DNA from: Histomonas meleagridis 2922-C6/04-290x
Taxonomy: Eukaryota; Protista; Parabasalia
Length of the DNA stretch: 64,000 nt
NCBI GenBank assembly: GCA_020184695.1
Contig: JAANOX010000235.1
Coordinates: 1 to 64,000 of the forward strand
Reading direction: 5' to 3'
Of this stretch, positions 31,203 to 42,449 are shown in pieces (position 1 is the stretch's first letter; each line of letters begins with the position of its first letter). A program made the position numbers and the translations under genes. The notes beneath the pieces are model-generated. The model saw nothing but the letters and a program-made list of their open reading frames with translations, did no database searches and had not been told where the DNA came from.

Positions 31203-31767
31203 TTTATTATTAATAAATTATATGTTTTAGAAAAACTAACTGTACTTTGTTTGTTCATTGTACGTACGTTCTGTTTACTTATGTAAATTTAAAATTAGAT
31301 TTAATTTTTGGTTTTTTATATTGATTTAAATCATTTCATTGATATTGCCAAAGTGAAACTTATTTCAAAGTTATATCCATATAGACTGAGATGAAAAACC
31401 TGTAGACCGACAACAAAAATTTAAATAAATCATACATTTTTATATAGTTTGCTGGTAAATAGAAATATCATCCGTCCTAAAAAATTTAATAATTTAATTC
31501 ATATTTGCAAAAATTTTTATTGTTAACGTTCTCCTAAGTGAAGTGGATGAAAAAGTTCCAACTAAAAGGTATCAGTATTGAGGAACCGACAAATTTAATT
31601 CGCAAAAATTATATTATATATATATAATTAAATATATTCTATATGATTAAATTATAATTTCAAATTTTTCTCTTCTTTGAGATAATAAAAACTATGTAAT
31701 TCAAACAGACGGATATTTACAATAGGAGAAAAAGATATATATGTTATACATTTTACATAATAAACAA

Positions 31768-33429
31768 TTACTTTCTAAAGTTTTCTCCTCTGAATATCGA
31801 CTGTAATTTTCTATCAATTTCCGCATCCGCTTTTTCTTTTTTCTTTAGTTCCAAAATTTTCTTCACTTTATCTCTTTCCTTTATCAATTCTTTTTGATCG
31901 CTTTCTATTTCCATCAATTGTTCTTTCAGACTTTGATGGTTTTCCAGTGCTTCTCTTAGCTCGATTTCGACCTTTTCTCCGTTCTTTAACATCTCCAACT
32001 TGTTATGGTATTCTTCAATTTTTTTCATTTTTTTATATTGTGAAATTCGTATTTCCATTGCGTAACTTCTAATTTTATCTCTTTTCTCACGTATTTGTCT
32101 CTGAAGTGTTAAATGATCTCCACATATAACTTGGAAAGAATGCAAAAGACCTCGTGTGGTTGCATTTGCGTATGATTCAAGGCGCCGTTCAACTGAATGT
32201 TGGATTTCTTCAATGGTCATTTTCTCAAGGAGCCGCAATTTCTGTTCTTCACGATCTAAAAACTGTGTTGGATCATCGGAATTAATTATTTCACGAAGTT
32301 GATTTAGCTCAGAATTGAATTTACTGTGAATCGTGTTTCGAAGTGTTAGAAGTGAATTACGAATTCGATTTAATGCTTCATGTTTCCAACGCTCATAGAA
32401 AAGATGTTGTAATAATGTATAATCGTCAACATTTGGATTATTAAGCGAAGGAATTTGGAGATGTAGATTAGAAACATAGTTATCAATTTTGTGTTCTATT
32501 GAATTTTCATCTGTTGATATTTGTGATGAAGTATTAACAGAAGATTGGGAATAATACTCAACATATTGTGATTGATAACCACCATTACTATTACTTCTAT
32601 TGCGCTTTTTATAGCGCTTGCCGTTGGGTGTGTGCGAGTGTTGGTAATTGTTACCGTCATCGGAAGAGTATTGACGGTTATAATCGTCACTGTATTGTGT
32701 GTCACTTTTCGATAATGCGCTTGATTTGGAACTGTTCTGTTTTTTATGTTTAGTTGGACTTTTAGGTGAACTATCTATATGCACCGAAGTGGTGAAATCA
32801 CTGCCGCTCTTATCTTTTGACACTTTGATATTGGGTTTCTTAGATGATAGTAATTGGAGGATAGTAGATTCTGTTTTTAGTTGCGGGTCAAAGTGTAGAA
32901 CAAAAATTGTTTTTGATAAGATGTAAGGTGACGGATTTCTGATGAATTTCCAACCATCTGTTTTTAGCTTGGATACTTTTTGACTGCGAAATGGTTCAAA
33001 CGGAGGGAGTGAAAAAAGATTAATTTGATATTTCTGTACTTTCATTTTAATCCCTATAAAATCTGTATTATCAATTTCATCACATTTTTTTAAAATGTAA
33101 TTTATGTCTGAATTTGAATTCACTGAGAAGTACTTTCCTTCTCCAAAAGGAATTCGGGTGAAAGAATTAAAAATGAATATTTGAATTTCACATTCTGCAT
33201 CAATAAAAGATCTCATTAATGATTGTAAAATTGCTTGTTGCCCAATTATGTAAGAATGTGATGTTACTGTACTTGGACCGAATGAAATGAATGAAATTTC
33301 TGTTGTATTTGTTAATTCCTTAACTATCATTTTTGAAGCATCTTCTGCATTATCTGTTATAGATCCATCAAATGATCCAAGTGACATATCTGTAGCTGAA
33401 ATTGCATAGAAACTAGAAAATTCATCCAT
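31768..33429 (-). CDS. Hypothetical protein, possible degenerate kinesin-motor-like N-terminus + coiled coil
   Basis: 553-aa ORF; weak ISFISFGP / TIFVLHFDP similarity without a P-loop; Ser-rich linker; coiled-coil C-terminus. Confidence 0.6.
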   Translation of the reverse strand: MDEFSSFYAISATDMSLGSFDGSITDNAEDASKMIVKELTNTTEISFISFGPSTVTSHSYIIGQQAILQSLMRSFIDAECEIQIFIFNSFTRIPFGEGKYFSVNSNSDINYILKKCDEIDNTDFIGIKMKVQKYQINLFSLPPFEPFRSQKVSKLKTDGWKFIRNPSPYILSKTIFVLHFDPQLKTESTILQLLSSKKPNIKVSKDKSGSDFTTSVHIDSSPKSPTKHKKQNSSKSSALSKSDTQYSDDYNRQYSSDDGNNYQHSHTPNGKRYKKRNRSNSNGGYQSQYVEYYSQSSVNTSSQISTDENSIEHKIDNYVSNLHLQIPSLNNPNVDDYTLLQHLFYERWKHEALNRIRNSLLTLRNTIHSKFNSELNQLREIINSDDPTQFLDREEQKLRLLEKMTIEEIQHSVERRLESYANATTRGLLHSFQVICGDHLTLQRQIREKRDKIRSYAMEIRISQYKKMKKIEEYHNKLEMLKNGEKVEIELREALENHQSLKEQLMEIESDQKELIKERDKVKKILELKKKEKADAEIDRKLQSIFRGENFRK

Positions 33430-33517
33430 ATAATGTTTAACGGACGCAAAAATTGAATGAAAATATCAAATGACAAAACTTGAATGATTTATGATGAAAT
33501 TTTGTGATAAAATAAAA

Positions 33518-34841
33518 ATGTCAAAAGGTGTACAAAGATTTTAACTTAATCACAAAGGATCGACAGCACATTCGAGTTAAAAATATAACCGCGTTAAATG
33601 ATCATGCACAAGAACCAGAACTTTTAAATCCAGAAGACTTATGTTTTTTTCAAGATATTATATTTCAAATAATTGCATCAATAAATAATAAAGAATTTGA
33701 TGTGTTGATCGAACAAGCTCAACTCCTGATTCAACAGCTACAAAACAAAGAACTTTTTTTATTGCCAATTTTTTTGGATAATCATTTTCGGAAGCATGCT
33801 AAATTCTTGCTTATGAACTGTGAATCCTTTGAAACTATTTCTATATTTTATGAATTTTTAGCAACATTGTTTAGTTGTGATCACTTTCTTCATCAGTATT
33901 TTTCAAAAGATTCATTTGTTTTGTTACTATTCACAACTTTAAATACTTTTGGAGTTTCAATAATTCAATCTTTTGGTGAAGTTTTATCTTTTTTACTAAT
34001 GCAATTCAATGAATCTTTATTCCGCAAATACAATGATTTTGTTCATTCAAATGATTTTCATCCTTCTTTTGGTTTTATTTATTATATCTTTTCTCGAGTT
34101 ATTCAATTTACTGATTTGCAAAACATTTGGCCAATTATTTCATATCTATTTAAGAATAATGAACTTCATTACTCTCTTCTAATAGTTCATAACATTATTC
34201 AGCTCGGAAAAACAAATGAAGAAAAAAATCACATTATTAATTTTTTATTAGATAAATCATTATCTCTTTTTGATTTTGTAGTATTATCTCTTTCAGTAAA
34301 TCCAAATGATGCTTTGTACTCTTTGAAAATCATCAATTTTTGTTTGAGTTCAAATGCCGAAATTTCATTTAATAATTTGAAAATATTTTCCGATATATTG
34401 GAAACCGATGAAATTGATGTTAAAAGCGAATGTTGTCAAACATTTTATTATTTACTAATGTCAAATCAAAATGCAGAAATATTAATGAATTCAATTCATA
34501 TACAACAATTTTTTGATTTTATCCATAACTATCCATTTAGAATGAAACAGAAATCAATGTTAGTACTGTGCATTGGTACTTCGCATATGGATACAGATGT
34601 AATCAATTATTTAAATGAAAATGGATTCATCGATGACTTGTTAGATCTCGCTGATCCAGATGACAATGAAACAGGAAAACTGATTTTACAATGTTTGTTA
34701 ACCCAATTACAAAAATCAGATGAAGCAAAAAATTATATTGGTCAATATATAAATGAGTTCATAAAAATTTATCAAGAAAGTGATCGAACAATCAGTATCT
34801 ATCTTTATCACATAATGTCTTATTTTGAAAATGATGAATAA
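33518..34841 (+). CDS. ARM/HEAT-repeat-like hypothetical protein
   Basis: 437-aa open frame starting at GTG 33528. An ATG at 33518 is out of frame by 1 nt across an A-run (likely MSKVYKD). Composition is helical and Leu/Ile/Phe-rich. Confidence 0.6.
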
Positions 34842-34904
34842 ATTAATTTGTTAATTTAAAATATGATTTAAACTGAAAATAAGATATCTTTATTAAAAAA
34901 TTGT

Positions 34905-35186
34905 CTATTTATTCTGTGGCTTCCCTTTCTTACGATTTCGCTTTGGGATAATATGAAGAAGTTTTCCTTTAAATTCGAGTGTTTTACCTTTCCTTCCTGA
35001 TGCTTGTGTAACTGCTGCTTTGGATTCTGCTCCAGTTTGAAATTGAACACAGATATGTCCATCTTCCATTTTTGCAATTTCGATTATATTCCCAAATTGT
35101 TCAAGTAGCTCAGCGAGTTCAGACATTTTATATTCATCTGGTAGCTCTTTTACAAAAACAGTTTTTGGAAACAAATCATCTGACAT
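34905..35186 (-). CDS. Single RRM RNA-binding protein
   Basis: RNP2-like TVFVKELP and RNP1-like GHICVQF; basic C-tail. Confidence 0.75.
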   Translation of the reverse strand: MSDDLFPKTVFVKELPDEYKMSELAELLEQFGNIIEIAKMEDGHICVQFQTGAESKAAVTQASGRKGKTLEFKGKLLHIIPKRNRKKGKPQNK

Positions 35187-35269
35187 TTGAAGTTTTTAGA
35201 GAACCAAAGATATAAACGGCCACTAATATCATATCGTTCGGTTAAAAAAGTGAATATGACGATACATAT

Positions 35270-36217
35270 ATGGAATGTTCCACAATAAATGGAGTTCCAC
35301 CACCACAAGTAATTTATACGATGCCAAACTCCACAAATATGGAATTCCTTTCTGAAGTGCAAGTTACAAAAGATTATGGTATTTCATTAACTTCAAAAGG
35401 AGTTGTAAATATTCATCATATGCCAGATTTTTCATTAGTTTCTTCCAAACAAATATCTGCTGTTGTTACTGTTTTTATAAAGGATGAAAATCATTTTATT
35501 GTTTTACATACAACTCGACCCATGATTTTTGATACCAATTATGGGATAACAATAGGGAATATTAAACGCCCAAGTTTTCAAAGTACAGAGCGGTATCAAT
35601 TTGTTTCATCGTCCTATTATGATAATTTATTAATTGCTGGTACCAGCAATTCTGGTTTATGTTTATGGGACTTTCGATCACCAACATCACCACCTCAGCT
35701 TCTTACATTTAAGCGTAGTTTTAATATTCAGAGTGTTTCACTAACCTCTGATCTGATAATTCTTGGATGCCAAAATGGAACAATTTCAATTTTAGATCCA
35801 CGAAATATGACTCGGAAACTTTGTACCTTTGATATCTTTTCACAGATCTCTGATAAAATCACCAAGCCGCATTACTCTCTCATCCAAAACAATTTGCAGC
35901 CATGGAATGTTGCGTTTCAGTTTTCTTGCGGAATATCGGGAATAATCGACATAATGGCCAAACGCATAACGCACGTCATCCAAGCGCCAACTAATATTGC
36001 AAATGAACAACGTTACATTAAGCCGAAGCCATTGTTTTATAACAACACATTATGCATTGGATATCCATTTACAAATATTTTGCAATTTTTTAACATGGAA
36101 AAAAACGAAATGATAGAAGTTGAATTGCCAACGCCACCAACATCATTAGACTGCTGTCCAGAAATTGACGGAATTTATGTTGCTTCATCAAGTGGAGATA
36201 TATATCATGTGTTTTAA
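35270..36217 (+). CDS. WD40-repeat protein
   Basis: LLIAGTSNSGLCLWDFR, LIILGCQNGTISILDPR, IYVASSSGDIYH. Confidence 0.75.
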   Translation: MECSTINGVPPPQVIYTMPNSTNMEFLSEVQVTKDYGISLTSKGVVNIHHMPDFSLVSSKQISAVVTVFIKDENHFIVLHTTRPMIFDTNYGITIGNIKRPSFQSTERYQFVSSSYYDNLLIAGTSNSGLCLWDFRSPTSPPQLLTFKRSFNIQSVSLTSDLIILGCQNGTISILDPRNMTRKLCTFDIFSQISDKITKPHYSLIQNNLQPWNVAFQFSCGISGIIDIMAKRITHVIQAPTNIANEQRYIKPKPLFYNNTLCIGYPFTNILQFFNMEKNEMIEVELPTPPTSLDCCPEIDGIYVASSSGDIYHVF

Positions 36218-36507
36218 CTAAATATAAATGTTTAAAACTGTTTTGTAATAAAAAAAATTAATGTAAAAAATTCTATTTAGAGTTTTATGTTAATAACAAC
36301 GCATATCATTTTTCCTAATGTAAACTTTTTTTTAAGTTTTACATAGGGATAGATCTAGATGTTTATGATAACATTTCATTAAACATTATTGATTTAACAA
36401 AACGAAAATGATTATTTAGATTTTAATTTCAAACATAAGCTTAAAATTTGTATCAAAGCATATATATAAATACATGACCAAAAAAAAAAAAAAAAAAAAA
36501 AAATTTA

Positions 36508-38967
36508 TTATGTGGAATTAAGAAACTTTTCAACTGATGTTGGTAATGTCGTCGATGAATTTGTCGTTCGATGAATTAATTTAATTAACATTCGATATTT
36601 GTGATTACTTTCTTCAAGTTTTGCAACTTTGTTCTTCAATATTTCATAATTCTTTAATTTTTCTTCATTAATATTGAAATATGTTTCTTTTTCTCTTTCT
36701 TGAATTTCTTGTCGTTTTCGTAATTGATTCAATTCAATATTTAATATTCGATTGTTACTTTCGATTTCATTTTTGCGGTGTTGAAGTTCTTTGATTTCGT
36801 CTTCGAATAATTTCATTTGTTCTTGAATTTCGATATGTTCTTCATCAATGTTTGGAATGGTTTCTTTCATTTCGTCATTCTCTTTCGTGATTTTATCTTT
36901 CGTTGTCTTGATTTGTTGAAGTCGTGTTTGAAGTGTTTTAATTCGTTTTTTGTCTCTTTCTTGATTCTTTTGTTGTCGACTTAAATGTGTTTGAAGTTTA
37001 TCTATTCTTTCTTCTCGTTCTTGAATATGATTTCGAATATTTTCATATCGATTGATTTTATTATTCGCTTCTGTTGCACGAATCGTCGATTGAATTATTC
37101 TTTGTTTGAATTCGTTGTTCTTCTGATTCAAAATTTGATTCATTTCTTCAAGTTTTTCTTCTTTTTGTTTGATTTCATTATATTTTCGTTTCAATTTATC
37201 ATTTATTTGTTTAAGTTGTCGATTTTCTTCTTCTAGATTTTCATTTCGTTGTTTATTATTTTCATTAATTTCTTTAAGTTTCAGAATAATTTGATTTCGT
37301 TCTTCAAGTTCTTCTTCTTTCTTTCGTTTAAATATTTCTTTTTCTTGAAGTTGTTCTTTTAATTTGGTTTGAATTTCATGATTTTGTTGATATATAAATT
37401 TTTCTTTTTCATTATAATCATTATTAAATCTTAAATATGATGAAATAATTATATCATAAAATGGCGTTTCGTGAGAAATATCTTGAAAATTATTTAATAT
37501 AATAATTAACGTAAAAATATTATCTTCAATCGTTTGACGATTAAATGAATTCTTTAAATTATAAATGATTAAATATAAAAATTCACTTTCAATGATAATT
37601 TGAATAAGCTTTTCTTTAAAATGTTTTAAATATTTCGAAAGTTGATATAAAAATAAAAAAATAGAATTCGTTAAAAATGAATTTTGATGTTCAATTTGAC
37701 GTTGAAATTCAATAAAAAGATTTTCTTCATTTTCGATAAATTGTTGAATCGTTAAATGAAGAAAATCTTTTGATCTGATAAGAAAACGAAGTAAAAGAAT
37801 GAATGATTCCTTAGAAATAAGATTTTGTTGAGAATTTTGTTTTGTTAAAAGTTTTTGAATTATTTTATTTGTTATTTTTATTAATATCTTCTTGAATATT
37901 ATTTTTTCATGAAAGTTAAGTTTAAATTGATTATTCCTAAAAATATTATATAAAAATTCACAAATACAAATTAATACAAAATTATTATTCGATTTAAGTG
38001 AATATTTTAAAATAGTAAAAAGTAAATTATCTTTTAATAAAAGATTTCGAAGAATTTCGTAATCTTGTTGTTGTTGATTAAAATATTTATAAATAATAAA
38101 AAAATTATTTTCATTTGAAAATGAAATTTTAATAAGTTTTAAATATTCATCTTCTTTTATTTGATATAAATATTTAATTTCTTCAAGAAGAAAGATTAAT
38201 ATATATAAAAGTGGTGGAAATATTTGAATATATTCGAATGATTCGAAAACTGTTTTAATAACAATGTTCACTTTGATACTTGATGGAAATAAAATTAAAA
38301 GAATTAAAAGTGTTGAATTGATTAATATAATATCATTCGATGTAAGAAATTGACTGATTTTCGTTTTAAGTTGTAAAAATGTTGGATTTGTTCGTAAAAA
38401 GTTTAAAAATGTTGGCGTGTTTTTAATTAATCCAATAAATGATAAAAATGTCCATTTAGAAACTTCAGGAAAAGTAAATATTTCTTTGATGATTTCATAA
38501 TAATATTTCATTGATATCGTAGATTTAAATAAAAAATCTGATTCAAGTGATAACATTGAGATTAATTTTAAATATGGAAGATATCGTCGTGGTTCTTCTT
38601 TGATGTTTTTCGAATCTAAAGATGAACTTTGAAAAAAAATTTCAAAAAGTATATCAAATGAAATATTCCTTGAAATAATACGTGATAATTGTGGATTGTT
38701 TGTTGATATTTCTGTAAAATATTGAACAATTAAAAAAATATGTTTTGGAAGTTTTTCTTTCGAAATAGATGGAATATGAATTTGACTTAATGAATAAAAT
38801 AAATGTTGAATTAATATAGGAAATGAAGAATCATTCGTTAAAAAATTTAAATACTCGGAATCAACTTCAACTGATGAAAGATATTGTTCAATAATATTAT
38901 TAAATTTCATTAAATTTCGTTCATTTTCTTTAAGTGTTTGACATAAATATCTTAGATCTGTGCTCAT
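36508..38967 (-). CDS. 819-aa ARM-like N-terminus + long coiled-coil C-terminus (CIP2A-like architecture, unverified)
   Basis: Intact ORF; hydrophobic helical ~500 aa followed by ~300 aa of E/K/Q coiled coil. Confidence 0.75.
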   Translation of the reverse strand: MSTDLRYLCQTLKENERNLMKFNNIIEQYLSSVEVDSEYLNFLTNDSSFPILIQHLFYSLSQIHIPSISKEKLPKHIFLIVQYFTEISTNNPQLSRIISRNISFDILFEIFFQSSSLDSKNIKEEPRRYLPYLKLISMLSLESDFLFKSTISMKYYYEIIKEIFTFPEVSKWTFLSFIGLIKNTPTFLNFLRTNPTFLQLKTKISQFLTSNDIILINSTLLILLILFPSSIKVNIVIKTVFESFEYIQIFPPLLYILIFLLEEIKYLYQIKEDEYLKLIKISFSNENNFFIIYKYFNQQQQDYEILRNLLLKDNLLFTILKYSLKSNNNFVLICICEFLYNIFRNNQFKLNFHEKIIFKKILIKITNKIIQKLLTKQNSQQNLISKESFILLLRFLIRSKDFLHLTIQQFIENEENLFIEFQRQIEHQNSFLTNSIFLFLYQLSKYLKHFKEKLIQIIIESEFLYLIIYNLKNSFNRQTIEDNIFTLIIILNNFQDISHETPFYDIIISSYLRFNNDYNEKEKFIYQQNHEIQTKLKEQLQEKEIFKRKKEEELEERNQIILKLKEINENNKQRNENLEEENRQLKQINDKLKRKYNEIKQKEEKLEEMNQILNQKNNEFKQRIIQSTIRATEANNKINRYENIRNHIQEREERIDKLQTHLSRQQKNQERDKKRIKTLQTRLQQIKTTKDKITKENDEMKETIPNIDEEHIEIQEQMKLFEDEIKELQHRKNEIESNNRILNIELNQLRKRQEIQEREKETYFNINEEKLKNYEILKNKVAKLEESNHKYRMLIKLIHRTTNSSTTLPTSVEKFLNST

Positions 38968-39110
38968 ATTTTTTGATGAAATAAATTTGAAAAATAAAAA
39001 AAAAATAAATAAACGGCATTTTCACTTCAAAATTTTATTTGAGAAAAGTTAAAATTATTTATTAAATCATAATCATTTTTATCTACATTTATACATATAT
39101 ATATATGTTT

Positions 39111-39420
39111 CTATTCTTCAATAAATTCTGATGCAACTGTCGAAAATTGATCTTCAACATTCTGACACCAACGTGAAAAGTTATCTAAAGCATCACTTAA
39201 TATTTCAACTATATTCTCTCCTTCATGTGATTGAATACGAATACGCATACGATTTTGTGCTGGATGTGGAACAGAATAAGCTGTATTCAACTCGTGGGTC
39301 TGGAAGAATTGTTTGACGAATTGCATTCCCCATCGTATGTCGTTCACCTTCGAAAACAAATGTGCCACTATTCGCTGAATTATCATCAAGTGAAATTGAA
39401 CATGAAACAGGTTCTTCCAT
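39111..39420 (-). pseudogene. RPAC2: Frameshifted copy of the AC19 gene
   Basis: gaatacagcttat replaces gaattttgtgcttat (-2 nt) at ~39280, splitting the ORF. Confidence 0.7.
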
Positions 39421-39577
39421 AAAAAGAATCTAAAAAGTGACTGAAGGTCATATGCACTTTTATGAGGACGTTAATGATATTTTTTGATTTTTATGACGAT
39501 TATTTTATTATCAAAAAATATGATATTGTGATATATTTAATCGTATTTTTATCAACACAATTTTTTTTTTTTTTCTA

Positions 39578-40087
39578 ATTATTTTTTCTCTCATCCCTTT
39601 AAGTTCGATTAAAATACCAACGAAACCTATTGTTATTACAACACCAACAAAACCAATTGACATTCCACCTAAGCCAGTTTTACTACGAAACGAAGAAGAA
39701 GAGTCAGAACTTCTCAGTGAAAACAAGTTAAAGATTAAAAAGGTCATCAAAAAAGCCAAGAAAGTTCTTGACGCAATTGATCAAGTTGTTAATGGAGACG
39801 AAGAAGAAGTTGAACTCGATGATCCAGAAGTTGAAGTTTATTATGTTGTTGAAGAAGCACCAGAATATGGAGCCAACAAGTTCAGTTTTAAGAAGATATT
39901 CAAGAAGTTTGGCAAAGTTATCAAAGTTGTCGTAAAAGTTGTGAAAATCGGATCAAAGATCATCACCGCGTTGAACAGCGAAAGCGCCAACAGTTACCTC
40001 GGCCACAAGAGGCAGCAAGTGTGCGTACGCGATTCCATCAGCCGCATCTGCAAAATTACGGCGACTTCAGACGTTTTAAGTAAATAA
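39578..40087 (+). pseudogene. Second copy of the cationic-peptide precursor, start codon read as ATT
   Basis: The frame is open to TAA at 40085-40087, but ATG reads ATT and the upstream gtcatttgcc is replaced by a T-run. Confidence 0.65.
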
Positions 40088-40175
40088 TGTTCAAACTTTT
40101 TCGATTTAACATTTGCGTGAAGACAAGCTGAAATGTTTACTTAACATATGTTATACATTGTAACGAATCCAAATT

Positions 40176-42449
40176 TCATTCGCTGCTTTCAGAAGACGTT
40201 TTGTCTTTTTTAGATGTTGATGTTGACTTAGAACTTGATGATGTTTCGCTTTTTCCATTATTTTCTTCTTCGCTTTTATCACTTTTATCACTTTCATCAT
40301 CATTTTCCTTTTTATCGCTTTTGCTTTCACTTGATTCAGATGAAGATGATTCGCTATCTTCGGATGAACTTTTGGCACTTTCCTTTTCTTCCTTTTCTTT
40401 TCCATCTTCTTCTTCATTTTGCTTCATCAACTTCTCTTTCTCAGCCTGTTCTCGAGCTTTAGCTTCGGCTTCAGCCTTCTCCTTTTCTGCCTTCTCTCTT
40501 TCGGCTTTAGCTCTGGCAGCATCTTTTTGCACTGCTTGGACAGCTGTAGGAGGTCTTCTCTTCGGAAGCGCAGTTCTTCTAATGACGGGCGATGAGGTAT
40601 TAGGTACATCATCTGTTGCGACAATTTCTTCGACTTTGTTCTTATCGACTTGTAATGGCGTACTTTCGGGCGGCTGTATCGATACAGTTTGAGGCTTGGA
40701 TGGATTGCCATATTGATCGCGTGAAGGTGGCGCTGCTGCTGCTGCGATTCGTGTATTTTGAAAATCTTTGATCTTTTGCTTGACATTGGCATTGGTTTTA
40801 ATTGGAACTTCACGTCGTGGTGGTGGCTTTTGTTCTGGTTGAGGATTGTTAAACATAGCAACTCTATCAGTAAGTTTCTTAGGAGGTGGTTGCTGTGGTT
40901 GTTTGGGTTGTTCTTTATTTCCTTGTTGGAAGAATGCAAGGCGCGACTTAATCGAGTTCCCGGATTTCTTTGGCTTCCGGTGGCGATGGTGACGCCTGCG
41001 GTGCCTTCGGTGGACGCGATGATGCTTGCGAGGACCGCCAGGATATGCAGGCTTGTATTGGTCTTCGTCATCGTCCTTCTTCTGGCCGAAGGCGGCAGCT
41101 TTGCTCATAATGCTACTGTTCGCTGCAGGCTTTGGCGGATTTGATGCTGCCGCTGGAGGCGGTTTTGACGGGGCACCCTGCGGTTGATTGAATGCTGCCA
41201 TGCGCTCGCTGAGCTTGGAGCCGCCTTGCGGCTTTGGTGGAGGAGCGGCAGGTGGCGGCGTGGGCGCGCTTGGCTGGGCAAACGCAGCCGCACGAGCTGT
41301 GATTGCTTTAGATTTAGGTTCGGATTGCGGCTTCGGTGGTGGCGTTGGCGATGGAGCTGGTGCTTGCTTCGATCGATCGAATGCTGCAATGCGATCAGAC
41401 ATAGCACTGGACCTGCGCTCTTCCTTTGGAGGAGTTGATGATGAAGATGAGCTCGAAGATTCTTCTTTTTGAGGTGGAATCGTTTCTTCAGGAGCTTCGG
41501 ATGGCTTTGGTTCTTTTAGTTCATTTGAGGATTTATCATCAGATGAAGATGAGCTCGAAGATTCTTCTTTTTGAGGTGGAATCGTTTCGATGGGTTCTTC
41601 AGGTGGCTTTGTTTCTTTTGGCTCATTTGAAGATTTATTATCAGATGAGGATGAACTTGACTTTTCTTCTTGGGGTGTCGGGGCTGGTTCGTTTAGGGTT
41701 TCTTTTGGTTTTTCGTCTTCTGATTTAGAATCAGAAGATGAAGAATCTGATTGTTTTTCGGATGTTTCTTGAGTAACTTCTTCAGTAGTTTCTTGAGTAA
41801 CTTCTTCGGTTGTTTCTTGAGTAACTTCTTGGGTGGTTTCTTGAGTGACATCATCAGTTGTTTGCTTATCGGAGTCAGATTTTGGCGTTAAATTTGCAGC
41901 TTTCTTCTTAGCTGGTGCTTTCTTGACGCCTTTCTTTGCAGTGACTGCTTGTGTTTTAACCTTTCTTACATTTTTGATTTTCTTGCCTTTAATAGGTTTC
42001 TTCTTGGGAGCCTTTTTGGGCTTTTTAGGTGATTCTTCAACTGGTTTATCATTTGAATCAGATGATACGCTTGGTTCTTCATTTTGTGGTGCTGATTTGG
42101 AAGACTTAGCCGAAGATGAAGATGATTCTGATGAAGATTGTTTAGATTCTTTCACGCCCTTTTGTGAAGAGCTCTTTTCGTTTGCCACTTTCTTAGCTTT
42201 CTTTATAGGGTTTTTACCCACTTTTCCTTTTGTCTGATTTTTTTCTTTTGATGGTTTATCCTTTGGAATTGGTTTCTTGTTATCACCTGAAGATGATGTT
42301 TCCGCTTCAGAGGAATTGTCAATTGTTGAGCTCTTGGAATGCTGTTCTTTGTTCTCCTCTTGATCCATCTGCTTTTCTGAGGAACCGGCGGCTACGCTCT
42401 CAACTTTGGAATTATTGGACACGTTTATTTCAATGTCATAACGGGGCAA
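40176..42449 (-). CDS. 757-aa low-complexity Ser/Lys/Glu/Pro-rich protein with repeated xxxxR/KxAxF motifs and a CPI-like motif
   Basis: Intact ORF; motifs MSDRIAAF, ITARAAAF, LSERMAAF, IMSKAAAF, IKSRLAFF, LTDRVAMF, VKQKIKDF; RRTALPKRRPPT. Confidence 0.75.
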   Translation of the reverse strand: MPRYDIEINVSNNSKVESVAAGSSEKQMDQEENKEQHSKSSTIDNSSEAETSSSGDNKKPIPKDKPSKEKNQTKGKVGKNPIKKAKKVANEKSSSQKGVKESKQSSSESSSSSAKSSKSAPQNEEPSVSSDSNDKPVEESPKKPKKAPKKKPIKGKKIKNVRKVKTQAVTAKKGVKKAPAKKKAANLTPKSDSDKQTTDDVTQETTQEVTQETTEEVTQETTEEVTQETSEKQSDSSSSDSKSEDEKPKETLNEPAPTPQEEKSSSSSSDNKSSNEPKETKPPEEPIETIPPQKEESSSSSSSDDKSSNELKEPKPSEAPEETIPPQKEESSSSSSSSTPPKEERRSSAMSDRIAAFDRSKQAPAPSPTPPPKPQSEPKSKAITARAAAFAQPSAPTPPPAAPPPKPQGGSKLSERMAAFNQPQGAPSKPPPAAASNPPKPAANSSIMSKAAAFGQKKDDDEDQYKPAYPGGPRKHHRVHRRHRRRHHRHRKPKKSGNSIKSRLAFFQQGNKEQPKQPQQPPPKKLTDRVAMFNNPQPEQKPPPRREVPIKTNANVKQKIKDFQNTRIAAAAAPPSRDQYGNPSKPQTVSIQPPESTPLQVDKNKVEEIVATDDVPNTSSPVIRRTALPKRRPPTAVQAVQKDAARAKAEREKAEKEKAEAEAKAREQAEKEKLMKQNEEEDGKEKEEKESAKSSSEDSESSSSESSESKSDKKENDDESDKSDKSEEENNGKSETSSSSKSTSTSKKDKTSSESSE
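41440..41856 (-). repeat. Intragenic tandem repeats
   Basis: About five 15-nt units encode VTQET(T/S)(Q/E)E (~41765-41856). Three larger units encode P(P/T)(P)Q(K)EE(K)SSSSSS(S)D(D/N)KSSNE (~41440-41690); the last is truncated. Confidence 0.85.

Larger units (their letters stand above)
36354..40248 (-). repeat. Inverted segmental duplication, arm 2 (probable source locus)
   Basis: Reverse complement of 16440-19990. It is contiguous with the 757-aa gene whose last ~70 nt were copied into arm 1. Confidence 0.95.

Noticed and set aside
36480-36503. Long poly-A run next to a gene end as a retroposition tail (also runs near 15914, 26345, 39560, 61895)
   Set aside because: The duplicate arm has only TTT at the same site, the run is T on the coding strand, and such runs are typical long-read homopolymer artefacts.
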